Positions 10,692 to 18,503 of a stretch of 64,000 nucleotides of DNA are shown here, in pieces. Numbering within the stretch: position 1 is the stretch's first letter; the number at the start of each line of letters is the position of its first letter. Made by a program: the position numbers and the translations under genes. The stretch is from an uncultured delta proteobacterium (GTDB lineage: Bacteria; Desulfobacterota; Binatia; UBA9968): assembly GCA_963760795.1 (NCBI GenBank), contig CAVXEP010000016.1, forward strand, positions 128,001 to 192,000. Direction: 5' to 3'. The notes beneath the pieces were generated by a model. The model was given only the letters and a program-made list of their open reading frames with translations, had not been told where the DNA came from and made no database searches.

Positions 10692-11516
10692 ATGAAGTTA
10701 CAGTTGAAACGAAGTGTTTTCGCGCGGCTGGTTATTTTAACGGCGATGACGGCCTATCCATTTGCCGCTGCGTTGGCCAATGATCAAAGCGGCCTCGCTC
10801 AATTGTTGACGGCACCCTATCGCACTCAAGCCAACGTGGGACGCGATATTTATCGCCATCCGGTGGAAGTCCTGACCTTCTTCGGCGTGAAGGAAAGCAG
10901 CAGAGTGGTGGAGATCCTGCCGGGAAGCCGAGGTTATTTTCTCGAAATTCTCGCGCCCTTTCTGAAAGCCAAAGGGTTGTATATTGCCGCCAATCGCGAC
11001 GAAAACGCCGCGCCGCGCTATTTAGAGGATCACCAAAAGTTCTTGGCCCGGCTCAAAGAAGACGCGGTCTTCGATAAGGTCCAGGTCACCAAATTCAACG
11101 CCGATATGCATGAGGTCGCCCCGGCCGGGAGCATGGATTTTGTCCTGACCTTTCGCAATCTCCACAATTGGATCGAGCGCAATGAAATCGACGGCGCGTT
11201 GCGCGCCTTTCACAAAGCGCTCAAACCGGGGGGGATACTCGGCGTTACCGACCATCGTGGTCGCACCGATATGTCGCAAGATGCGCAAATGAAGTTCGGT
11301 TATGTCCGCGAGGACGTGGCGATCAAGCTGATGGAAAAGGCAGGTTTCAAACTCACTGGCACATCCCCGGTGAAGAACAATCCCAAGGATACTAAGGATT
11401 ATCCCGACGGAGTGTGGACGTTGCCGCCGAGCTTTCGCTTGGGAGACAAGGACCGGGCAAAATACCAAGCGATCGGCGAGAGCGACCGGTTTACCCATCG
11501 GTATGTGAAGCAGTGA
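10692..11516 (+). CDS. Predicted exported class I SAM-dependent methyltransferase-like protein (COG4798-type)
   Basis: RDIYRHPVEVLTFFG, VVEILPG, DFVLTFRNLHNW, LKPGGILGVTDHR, GVWTLPP and IGESDR motifs; signal peptide ending ALA. Confidence 0.85.
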   Translation: MKLQLKRSVFARLVILTAMTAYPFAAALANDQSGLAQLLTAPYRTQANVGRDIYRHPVEVLTFFGVKESSRVVEILPGSRGYFLEILAPFLKAKGLYIAANRDENAAPRYLEDHQKFLARLKEDAVFDKVQVTKFNADMHEVAPAGSMDFVLTFRNLHNWIERNEIDGALRAFHKALKPGGILGVTDHRGRTDMSQDAQMKFGYVREDVAIKLMEKAGFKLTGTSPVKNNPKDTKDYPDGVWTLPPSFRLGDKDRAKYQAIGESDRFTHRYVKQ

Positions 11517-11589
11517 GAACCGAAGAGCAGTTTCTCGCGGTCCGTTTATCTGTGATTCTGTCCATGCGATACTGCTCGGCATTCACAGC

Positions 11590-12019
11590 CATTACTCCGG
11601 CGAGCTGCCGGCGCCAATCAAAGCGGTGATTGCTAATCATGAGAGCTTGGGCTCGTTGGTGAAACCGTTCGGCATTCCGTTTCACTACATAGGCCATAAG
11701 GATCCAGAGCGCCGAACACGAGAAGCGGGTCATGGAAGTGGTCGACACTTATGAACCTGAGTACATCGTGCTCGCCAAGTACATGTGAATCCTGACGCCC
11801 AGCTTCGTCGCGCGTTCCGACGGCGCATATGGTCACCGACGACCTCGACACCGGGCCGATCATCGCCCAAAACGTGATGCCGGTGAATCACACCTATACT
11901 GCCGCAGCGATGGTCTAGGCGGGCCGGGACGCCGAAAAAATCGCTCTGGCTAGAGCGTGCGATTAATGCTTGATGAGCGAGCCTTCTTGCATGGCAACCG
12001 CAGTGTGGTGTTTGAATAG
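11590..12019 (+). pseudogene. purU: Decayed formyltetrahydrofolate deformylase fragment
   Basis: Manual translation: GELPAPIKAVIANHESLGSLVKPFGIPFHYI / YEPEYIVLAKYM*ILTPSFVAR / TAHMVTDDLDTGPIIAQNVMPVNHTYTAAAMV*AGRDAEKIALARA / FLHGNRSVVFE*; two in-frame stops, frameshifts, internal deletion, no N-terminal ACT domain. Confidence 0.88.
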
Positions 12020-12054
12020 CTGCGCCTTGCCAGCCATTCTTATCACGCCCCACA

Positions 12055-12082
12055 TTGACAAGTTTTCGGCCATCCTATAAAT
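12055..12082 (+). promoter_or_regulatory. Sigma70-type promoter of second ubiD gene
   Basis: TTGACA (12055-60), 16-nt spacer, TAAAAT (12077-82); AGGAGG RBS before ATG 12124. Confidence 0.65.
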
Positions 12083-12123
12083 ATTTTGCATAAATAATTT
12101 CATAACTTAGCTAGGAGGCCTAG

Positions 12124-13569
12124 ATGGCGAAGGATTTGCGAACTTTTATTGCCGATTGTGAGCGGCAATTGCCGGGCGAAGTGATTCACATTACCAAGGA
12201 AGTCAATCCGGCGAACTACGATGTGACCGCGATTATCAAGCATCTCGGCGCCCAGAAGAAATTTCCGATCATCATTTTCGACAATCCGCTAAATTTGAAC
12301 GGCAAAGTCGGGCCGATTAAACTGACCATGAACTGCGAGATCTCTCAGGGCAAGACGCAGATCGCCTTGGGCATGCCGCGTGATGCCACCCGGCCGCAGA
12401 TGGCGGAAAAATGTTTGGAGATGGAAGAGCATCGCGTGCCGCCATCGATCATCAGCCGGAAAGACGCGCCGATCAAACAGAACACCATGGTCGGCGATAA
12501 AGTCGATCTCTACCAGATTCCGATCATGCGCCACCACGAAATGGACGGCGGTCCGTATATCGTTCTTTCGACCATCACCAAAGACCGCAAGTCAGGGATC
12601 TACAACCTCTCGTACCACCGCATGGAAGTGAAATCGAAGAACTCGACGGCGCTCTACGCTTCGCCGCGCCATCTGTGGAAGATCTTCAAAGACTACGAAG
12701 AAAACAATTTGGAAATGCCGGTGGCCACCGTGTTGGGCCATCATCCGGCATTTCACATGGGCGCTTGTTACAGCGGCCCGTTTGAAGTGAGTGAGTACGA
12801 CGTGATCGGCGGCTACATGGGCGAACCGCTGCGCTTGGTCGCGTCAGAAACTTTCGGCGACGATCTGCTCATTCCCGCGGACGCCGAAGTTGTCATCGAA
12901 GGCGTGCTCAAACCGGGCGGCCGTGTGGTCGAAGGTCCCTTCGGCGAAGCGCCGGGCTATCTCGGGCCGCAGCGCTACACCACCTGCGTGCATTACGAAG
13001 TGCGTGCCATCAACTATCGCAACGGCGCCATGTATCAGTCGGTGATTACGCCGGAAGGCGATAAGCCGTGGATGGATCTGCCGCGCGAGGGTGCCTACCT
13101 GCGCCGCTGCCGCGAAGCCGTGCCCGGCGTCACCGCTGTCTGTAAGCAGGGCCGCCACGCCCATTACAATGTTTTCATCGCGATGAAGAAAATGTCCGAA
13201 GGCGATCCGGCACGCGCGGCGGCCGCCGCGCTGACCTTCGACCACACCAAGAATGTTTTCGTGTTCGATGAGGATATCGACGTTTTCAATCCCACCGACA
13301 TTCTCTGGGCGATCGCGACCCGGGTGCAGCCGCATCTCCAGGTCAATATTTTAAAGCCGCTGTTCCGCGGCAATTTCTTGGATCCGTCGCTGCGCGACGA
13401 GATCAAGACCTCCGGCATGATCGTCGATGCCACCAAACCGACTGACCGGCCATTCTCGCCGGTGTCGAAGTGCCCCGACGAAGCGATGGCGCGCATCAAA
13501 TTGGAAGATTACGTGCCGGGAGAAGTCTTGCAGCATATTCCAATGGACCGGACGACCTACTGGGCGTAG
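12124..13569 (+). CDS. UbiD family decarboxylase (second, divergent from the first)
   Basis: DGGPYI, YNLSYHRM, EGPFGE, FDEDIDVF..ILWAIATRVQP, LDPS and MIVDAT motifs. Confidence 0.93.
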   Translation: MAKDLRTFIADCERQLPGEVIHITKEVNPANYDVTAIIKHLGAQKKFPIIIFDNPLNLNGKVGPIKLTMNCEISQGKTQIALGMPRDATRPQMAEKCLEMEEHRVPPSIISRKDAPIKQNTMVGDKVDLYQIPIMRHHEMDGGPYIVLSTITKDRKSGIYNLSYHRMEVKSKNSTALYASPRHLWKIFKDYEENNLEMPVATVLGHHPAFHMGACYSGPFEVSEYDVIGGYMGEPLRLVASETFGDDLLIPADAEVVIEGVLKPGGRVVEGPFGEAPGYLGPQRYTTCVHYEVRAINYRNGAMYQSVITPEGDKPWMDLPREGAYLRRCREAVPGVTAVCKQGRHAHYNVFIAMKKMSEGDPARAAAAALTFDHTKNVFVFDEDIDVFNPTDILWAIATRVQPHLQVNILKPLFRGNFLDPSLRDEIKTSGMIVDATKPTDRPFSPVSKCPDEAMARIKLEDYVPGEVLQHIPMDRTTYWA

Positions 13570-13759
13570 CAGAATGAGTGTTTAGCCACAAAGGGCACAA
13601 AGTCGGGGCCGGCGATACCGACCCCGACTAATTCAGGGATTGGCCGCAAAGAACGCATAGGACGCAAAAGGAATCTTGGGCACGCTGCGCGGATTGCCTA
13701 GTCGCTCAGATCCGCCAATCGAAAAGCTAAAATCCAAAATAGATAGAGAGAGGTAAATC

Positions 13760-13906
13760 ATGGGTCAGGCCGTTGAAATCACATGTCCAGATTGTAAGAA
13801 AATTTTTGTCGTCAACCCGCATATGCTGGGGTCGGGAATGAATTTCCATTGCCCCTTCTGTGATAAATATTTCCCTGAAAAAGACAGTCCTAAAATCCGC
13901 AAGTAA
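13760..13906 (+). CDS. 48-aa Zn-ribbon/rubredoxin-like microprotein (absent from ORF track)
   Basis: RBS gagaggt; MGQAVEITCPDCKKIFVVNPHMLGSGMNFHCPFCDKYFPEKDSPKIRK* with two CPxC knuckles. Confidence 0.82.
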   Translation: MGQAVEITCPDCKKIFVVNPHMLGSGMNFHCPFCDKYFPEKDSPKIRK

Positions 13907-13963
13907 CCTTGGTCTCAGGCCACGGTGACGTTCTCACCGTGGCCTTTTTTTCAGCTCACACCA

Positions 13964-16258
13964 ATGAAGACGAAGCAAATTCTAAAAGTCGTCGGTACCA
14001 ATGCACACCGCGTCGACGCCATCGAAAAAGTCAGCGGCAAGGCGATTTACACCAGCGATATCCAGCTGCCGGGCATGGCCCATGCGCGGATATTACGCAG
14101 CCCGGTCGCGCATGCACGGTTGGTCAGGGTCGACGCCTCCAAGGCGAAAGAATTTCCCGGCGTCATTGCGACCTTGACGCGGGATGACATCCAGGGCTTC
14201 AACTTCAAATATGGCGCGACCTACAAGGATCAATCCATCGTTGCCGTCGACAAGGTGCGCTATGTCGGCGATCCGGTGGCGGCAGTGTTGGCCGACACGC
14301 CGGAGATCGCCGAGCAGGCGCTGGAACTGATCGAAGTCGAATACGACGAGTTGGCTAAAGTCACCAACCTTGAAGAGGCCATCGCACCGGGCGCAATCCA
14401 AGTGCACGAGGGCGGCGTGGCGCGCGCCGAGTTGCGCGGTTCGACCTACGGCGCACCGGAGCGCTTTAGCGGCACCAACATTTGCTATTACCTGACCTTC
14501 GGCCGTGAAGAGGCCGAAAAAGGCTTCGCCAAAGCCGATCATATTTTCGAGGACACCTTCCGCTTTCAGAAGGTCCAGCATTTCTCCCTCGAAGCGCATA
14601 ACAACGTCGCCTACTATGACGGCGAGAAGCTGACTGTGTGGGCCTCCTGCCAAGATCCGTTTACGCTGCGCGATCATCTGTCGGCCATCTTTCGTCTGCC
14701 CTGCAACCGCATCCGCGTCATCGTCCCCTATGTCGGCGGCGGCTATGGCGGCAAGCTTTATGTCAAAGCCGAGCCGATTGCCGCAGCCCTGTCGTGGATG
14801 ACCCGGCGGCCGGTGAAGCTACAGCTGTCGATCAATGAGAGCTTCAAGACCGTCACGCGCCATCCAGCCAGGGTCACGGTTAAGACCGGCGTGACCAAGG
14901 ACGGCAAGCTCATCGCCCGCGACTGCCAGGTCTACATGGACACCGGTGCCTATGCCGACGCCGGACCGCGGGTTACGCAGAAGGCCGGCTATCGCGCCCT
15001 GGGACCGTACAGAATTCCTTATGCCAAAGTAGAAGCTTACGGCGTTTATACCAACACCGTGCCCGCCGGTGCCTTTCGCGGTTTCGGCGCGCTGCAAGTC
15101 ACCTGGGCCTATGAATCGCAGATGGACATGATCGCCGAGCGCCTGGGCCTCGATCCCCTGGAATTTCGCATCAAGAACTTACTCAAGAAGGGGGATCTCT
15201 ATACCGTCGGCGATACGCCGGTGGATTGCGACATGGAAGAGGGTCTGCGCAAAGTTGCCGACGCCATCAAGTGGAACGAGAAGAGTGCCAACCCCAACCG
15301 CGCTAAAGGTTTGAGCTGCTGCATAAAAGACGCCGGCGGTACCTACAAAGTTGCCGGTGCGACAGTCAAGATGTCGTCCGACGGTAGCGTCATGTTGCTC
15401 ACTGGCACCGTCGAAGCGGGGCAGGGGCCGCGCACGGCGCTAAGCCAGATCGTCGCCGAAGAACTCGCCATGTCGATGGATCAGATCGGCGTCGCCCAGC
15501 TCGACACCGATGTCACGCCCTATGATATTTCCACCAGCGCGAGCAGCTCCACAGTAGTCATGGGTACCGCGGTGCAGCGAGCCTCCCAGGACGCCAAGAA
15601 GCAGCTACTTCAGTGCGCCGCCAAAGTGCTGAAGCAAAAAACCGACACACTCTCACTCAAAGATGGCCAGGTCTGGACGAGTTCAGGCCAGAGTCTTTCC
15701 TTTAGTAAAGTGATTGTCGACTTTTTCGGTAGTAAAGCTGGAGAAATCATCGGTAAAGGACTTTACAAAGATAAACGTAGCGCGAAAGCGGTGCTGGGCT
15801 CGACAACGACTTTCTGGGAAGTGGGCTGGGGCGGCGTCGAAGTCGAGGTCGATCCGGAAACCGGCAGCGTGGAACTGCTCAACTACGTGTCCGCCTGCGA
15901 TGCCGGCAAGGCGATCAACCCCGAGCAGTGCGTCGGTCAGGACGAAGGGGCGGTGATGTTCGGCATCGGCCACACATTGATGGAAGAGATGATTTACGAG
16001 GATGGCCAATTGCTCAATGGCAACATGGTTGACTATCGCGTGCCGACGTTCCAGGACGTACCCGCGCAGTTGCATACGATCCTGATCGAAAACGGCAATG
16101 GCCCGGGCCCGTTCGGATCTAAAGGAATAGGTGAGGGTGGGCTTTTACCGGTCGCGTCGGCGATCGCCAACGCGGTTTCGCGCGCGGTCGGCGTGCGTAT
16201 TCAAGACTTGCCGCTCACACCGCCGAAGATTTGGCGGGCGATTCAAGCGAAAAACTAG
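13964..16258 (+). CDS. Xanthine dehydrogenase/CoxL family molybdopterin-binding subunit
   Basis: VRYVGDPVAAV, VGGGYGGK, GAFRGFG, GQGPRT, SASSS, KAINP and GSKGIGEG motifs. Confidence 0.95.
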   Translation: MKTKQILKVVGTNAHRVDAIEKVSGKAIYTSDIQLPGMAHARILRSPVAHARLVRVDASKAKEFPGVIATLTRDDIQGFNFKYGATYKDQSIVAVDKVRYVGDPVAAVLADTPEIAEQALELIEVEYDELAKVTNLEEAIAPGAIQVHEGGVARAELRGSTYGAPERFSGTNICYYLTFGREEAEKGFAKADHIFEDTFRFQKVQHFSLEAHNNVAYYDGEKLTVWASCQDPFTLRDHLSAIFRLPCNRIRVIVPYVGGGYGGKLYVKAEPIAAALSWMTRRPVKLQLSINESFKTVTRHPARVTVKTGVTKDGKLIARDCQVYMDTGAYADAGPRVTQKAGYRALGPYRIPYAKVEAYGVYTNTVPAGAFRGFGALQVTWAYESQMDMIAERLGLDPLEFRIKNLLKKGDLYTVGDTPVDCDMEEGLRKVADAIKWNEKSANPNRAKGLSCCIKDAGGTYKVAGATVKMSSDGSVMLLTGTVEAGQGPRTALSQIVAEELAMSMDQIGVAQLDTDVTPYDISTSASSSTVVMGTAVQRASQDAKKQLLQCAAKVLKQKTDTLSLKDGQVWTSSGQSLSFSKVIVDFFGSKAGEIIGKGLYKDKRSAKAVLGSTTTFWEVGWGGVEVEVDPETGSVELLNYVSACDAGKAINPEQCVGQDEGAVMFGIGHTLMEEMIYEDGQLLNGNMVDYRVPTFQDVPAQLHTILIENGNGPGPFGSKGIGEGGLLPVASAIANAVSRAVGVRIQDLPLTPPKIWRAIQAKN

Positions 16259-16289
16259 TCTAAAGTTTTCCTTAAGCTAATCTCAAGGC

Positions 16290-16370
16290 TTACTCGAATG
16301 CTGCGACGCAATTCCTGAGAGCCTGATGTGCGCCTCGCGGTGTTGCAACGCCTCTCCTTTCAGTGAGTAA
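16290..16370 (-). ncRNA. Possible glycine-riboswitch-like single aptamer (degenerate or variant)
   Basis: Minus strand reads GGAGAG-GCGTTGCAAC-ACCGCGAGGCGCA-...-CTCTCAGG, enclosed by a TTACTC/GAGTAA stem. Confidence 0.35.
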
Positions 16371-16375
16371 AGATC

Positions 16376-16518
16376 CGTCCCGCGCACGTGGGAATCCAGG
16401 CATTATCGTCACCCCGGTGAAAACCGGGGTCCATCCCCCCCTCAACCTGGATACCGTTTTTCAACGGTATGACGAACATAGTCCGTCACCTGGATTCCGT
16501 TGTCGCGGGAATGACGGA
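16376..16518. repeat. Nested REP-like palindromes (TCCCGCG...GGGAAT and CGTCA...TGACG types)
   Basis: gtcccgcgcacgtgggaatccagg; cgtcaccccggtgaaaaccggggtcca...ctggataccg...cggtatgacg; ctggattcc...gcgggaatgacg. Confidence 0.75.
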
Positions 16519-16585
16519 ACAGAGAGATTTCGCAGCCAATCGCTCCAATCAGAATCGGTTGGCTGATAGCCGATAGTTGTTTGAT

Positions 16586-17089
16586 TTACAGTTCCAGCAC
16601 CGCGCCGCATTTTTTGCAGGTAGCTAATTTCGGGTCGGCTTTAAGGGCGGCGGTGGCTTTGTTGACCGCATCGCCCGGATCATCGAAGCGCACATCGGTG
16701 GCGTAAAGATTCGTGCCGCATTTCTCGCAGGGCCAGATAAATCGGTCGATCTCCTCTTTGGACCGGGTTTTTTCTACCACATAGGTCCACGAACCATCGG
16801 CGCGGCGCGGCGAGTGCGGCGTGTTCCTCGGCATGAGAAAAATATCGCCGGCCTTGAGCACCGCCAGCTCATGCTTGTCGTCCTTCAAGTAATGCAGGTT
16901 TAGCTCCCCTTCGAGCTGATAAAATATCTCGTCCCCAGGGTTGATGTGATAGTCCTTGCGCCGGTTCGGCCCGCGCGTAACGAAGGCGATGAAATCAGAG
17001 TCCTGCCAAATCACCCGCCGCTGTCCCCAATCGCCGCGGTTATCGTCGATCCATTTCTGTAGGTTGAACGTCTGTAGGTGAGGAAACAT
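16586..17089 (-). CDS. nbaC: 3-hydroxyanthranilate 3,4-dioxygenase-like cupin
   Basis: FNLQKWID, GPNRRKDYHINPGDEIFYQ, PHSP, and rubredoxin-like CEKC/CKKC; GGAGG RBS before ATG 17089. Confidence 0.85.
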   Translation of the reverse strand: MFPHLQTFNLQKWIDDNRGDWGQRRVIWQDSDFIAFVTRGPNRRKDYHINPGDEIFYQLEGELNLHYLKDDKHELAVLKAGDIFLMPRNTPHSPRRADGSWTYVVEKTRSKEEIDRFIWPCEKCGTNLYATDVRFDDPGDAVNKATAALKADPKLATCKKCGAVLEL

Positions 17090-17151
17090 AAAAACCTCCG
17101 GTGGCGCATGGCCAATATAGAATTGCACCGAAGCCGGAATCAAGCTAAATC

Positions 17152-17655
17152 ATGCTGGTCATGGTAATTCGCAGGAAACAGATCGAGATCGACAAGGGCA
17201 TCATCGGCGTGATCTCCGACACCCACGGCCTGGTCAGGCCTGAAGCCATGGCTGCGTTGAAGGGCGTGGAGCTGATCATTCACGGCGGCGATATCGGCAA
17301 GGCTGAAGTCCTAAAATCGCTAAGTCTGATGGCGCCTGTCTGCGCTATCCGTGGAAACAACGACCGTGATAGCTGGGCGAAGAAGCTGCCTGATGTGCTA
17401 AAGCTTCAGATCAATGGCGTCAAGTTTCAGGTCATTCATGATGTCAATGAGCTCGAAAGCGATCCCAGTGCCGCGGGAATTCATGCCGTCATCAGCGGTC
17501 ATTCCCACAAAGCGAGTGTCATCGAGCGCGATGGAGTCTTATTTATCAATCCCGGTAGTGCTGGGCCGAGAAGGTTCAAGCTGCCGGTGACTGTTGGCAA
17601 ATTGAGGCTACGGCATAAGATGGTCGCGGCTGAAATTATCGAATTAAGAATTTAG
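17152..17655 (+). CDS. YfcE/MJ0936-family metallophosphoesterase
   Basis: ISDTHG, HGGDIG, RGNND, GHSH and INPGSAG motifs. Confidence 0.92.
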   Translation: MLVMVIRRKQIEIDKGIIGVISDTHGLVRPEAMAALKGVELIIHGGDIGKAEVLKSLSLMAPVCAIRGNNDRDSWAKKLPDVLKLQINGVKFQVIHDVNELESDPSAAGIHAVISGHSHKASVIERDGVLFINPGSAGPRRFKLPVTVGKLRLRHKMVAAEIIELRI

Positions 17656-17666
17656 CATTGGATTCG

Positions 17667-17695
17667 TTGACAATCGGTTGATCGCACGTTAGAAA
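17667..17695 (+). promoter_or_regulatory. Sigma70-type promoter of pyr operon
   Basis: TTGACA (17667-72), 17-nt spacer, TAGAAA; predicted start falls just before the PyrR loop. Confidence 0.55.
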
Positions 17696-17702
17696 TTCTC
17701 AT

Positions 17703-17737
17703 ACCTTTTAAACCGATCCTGTGAGGTCGGCAAAGGG
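17703..17737 (+). promoter_or_regulatory. PyrR-binding RNA loop (anti-antiterminator)
   Basis: CCTTTTAA-ACCGA-TCCTGTGAGG-TCGG-CAAAGG matches the CUUUAA...UCCNGNGAGGY consensus. Confidence 0.88.
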
Positions 17738-17775
17738 CCAAATGACGGAACTTAATTTAGAATATTGCTACGCTC

Positions 17776-17812
17776 AAAGACCCACTCGGTGATGCCGGGC
17801 GGGTCTTTTTTT
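17776..17812 (+). terminator. Attenuator terminator of pyr leader
   Basis: aaagacccactcgg-tgatg-ccgggcgggtcttt hairpin plus U-tract ending directly at the pyrR ATG. Confidence 0.85.
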
Positions 17813-18373
17813 ATGGCTGAAGAGAAGAAAATTTTACTCGAACGCGACGATATCGGCCGGATGGTCAGCCGGATGGCCCATGAGATCGTTGAGAAGGCCG
17901 CTACTCCAGCTGAGTTGGCTTTGATCGGCATTCGTTCGCGCGGGGTGCATCTGGCGCGGCGGATTGCTCGCAAGATCGGCGAGATTGCCAACGTCGATCC
18001 AGTGGTGGGGGTGATCGATGTTACGCCTTACCGGGATGACAAGTCGCAGGAGCGGCCGATGCCGGCAGTGGGGGCTTTCGAGGTGCAGGTCGCGGTCGAT
18101 GACCGGACGGTGGTGTTGGTCGACGATGTGATTTACCGGGGGCGGACGATTCGTGCGGCGATGGAGGCGGTGGAGCGCTTGGGGCAGCCGAAGCGAATTC
18201 TTGTCGCGGCGCTGATCGATCGCGGTGACCGTGAGCTGCCGATTCGTGCCGATATTGTCGGCAAGAATATTGAAGTTGGCGATCGCCAGCGGGTCAATGT
18301 CTTGCTCGATGAGGCCGACGGCACAGATCAAGTGATTCTGACGAATTGGCAGGGGAGAACCCGGACTGAATAG
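17813..18373 (+). CDS. pyrR: Pyrimidine operon attenuation protein PyrR
   Basis: [41 protein letters not shown] and DRGDRELPIRADIVGKNI motifs. Confidence 0.93.
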   Translation: MAEEKKILLERDDIGRMVSRMAHEIVEKAATPAELALIGIRSRGVHLARRIARKIGEIANVDPVVGVIDVTPYRDDKSQERPMPAVGAFEVQVAVDDRTVVLVDDVIYRGRTIRAAMEAVERLGQPKRILVAALIDRGDRELPIRADIVGKNIEVGDRQRVNVLLDEADGTDQVILTNWQGRTRTE

Positions 18374-18384
18374 CCGCATATGCC

Positions 18385-18445
18385 CGTGATCCCGAGCGAA
18401 TGCGAGGGATCTAAGAGAGATTTCTCCCAGGGGTCGAAATGACAA
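18385..18445. repeat. REP-like palindrome pair
   Basis: cgtgatcccgagcgaatgcgagggatct...agatttctcccaggggtcgaaatgac. Confidence 0.7.
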
Positions 18446-18503
18446 CAATTCCAACCTTGGCGTGGGATCGACGGTTAACGAGTAGCCCTAGAAGTAAATC
18501 ACA

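Noticed and set aside
13964-16258. Aerobic CO dehydrogenase CoxL
   Set aside because: Active-site loop is GAFRGFG, not AYxCSFR or AYRGAGR, and coxMS are absent
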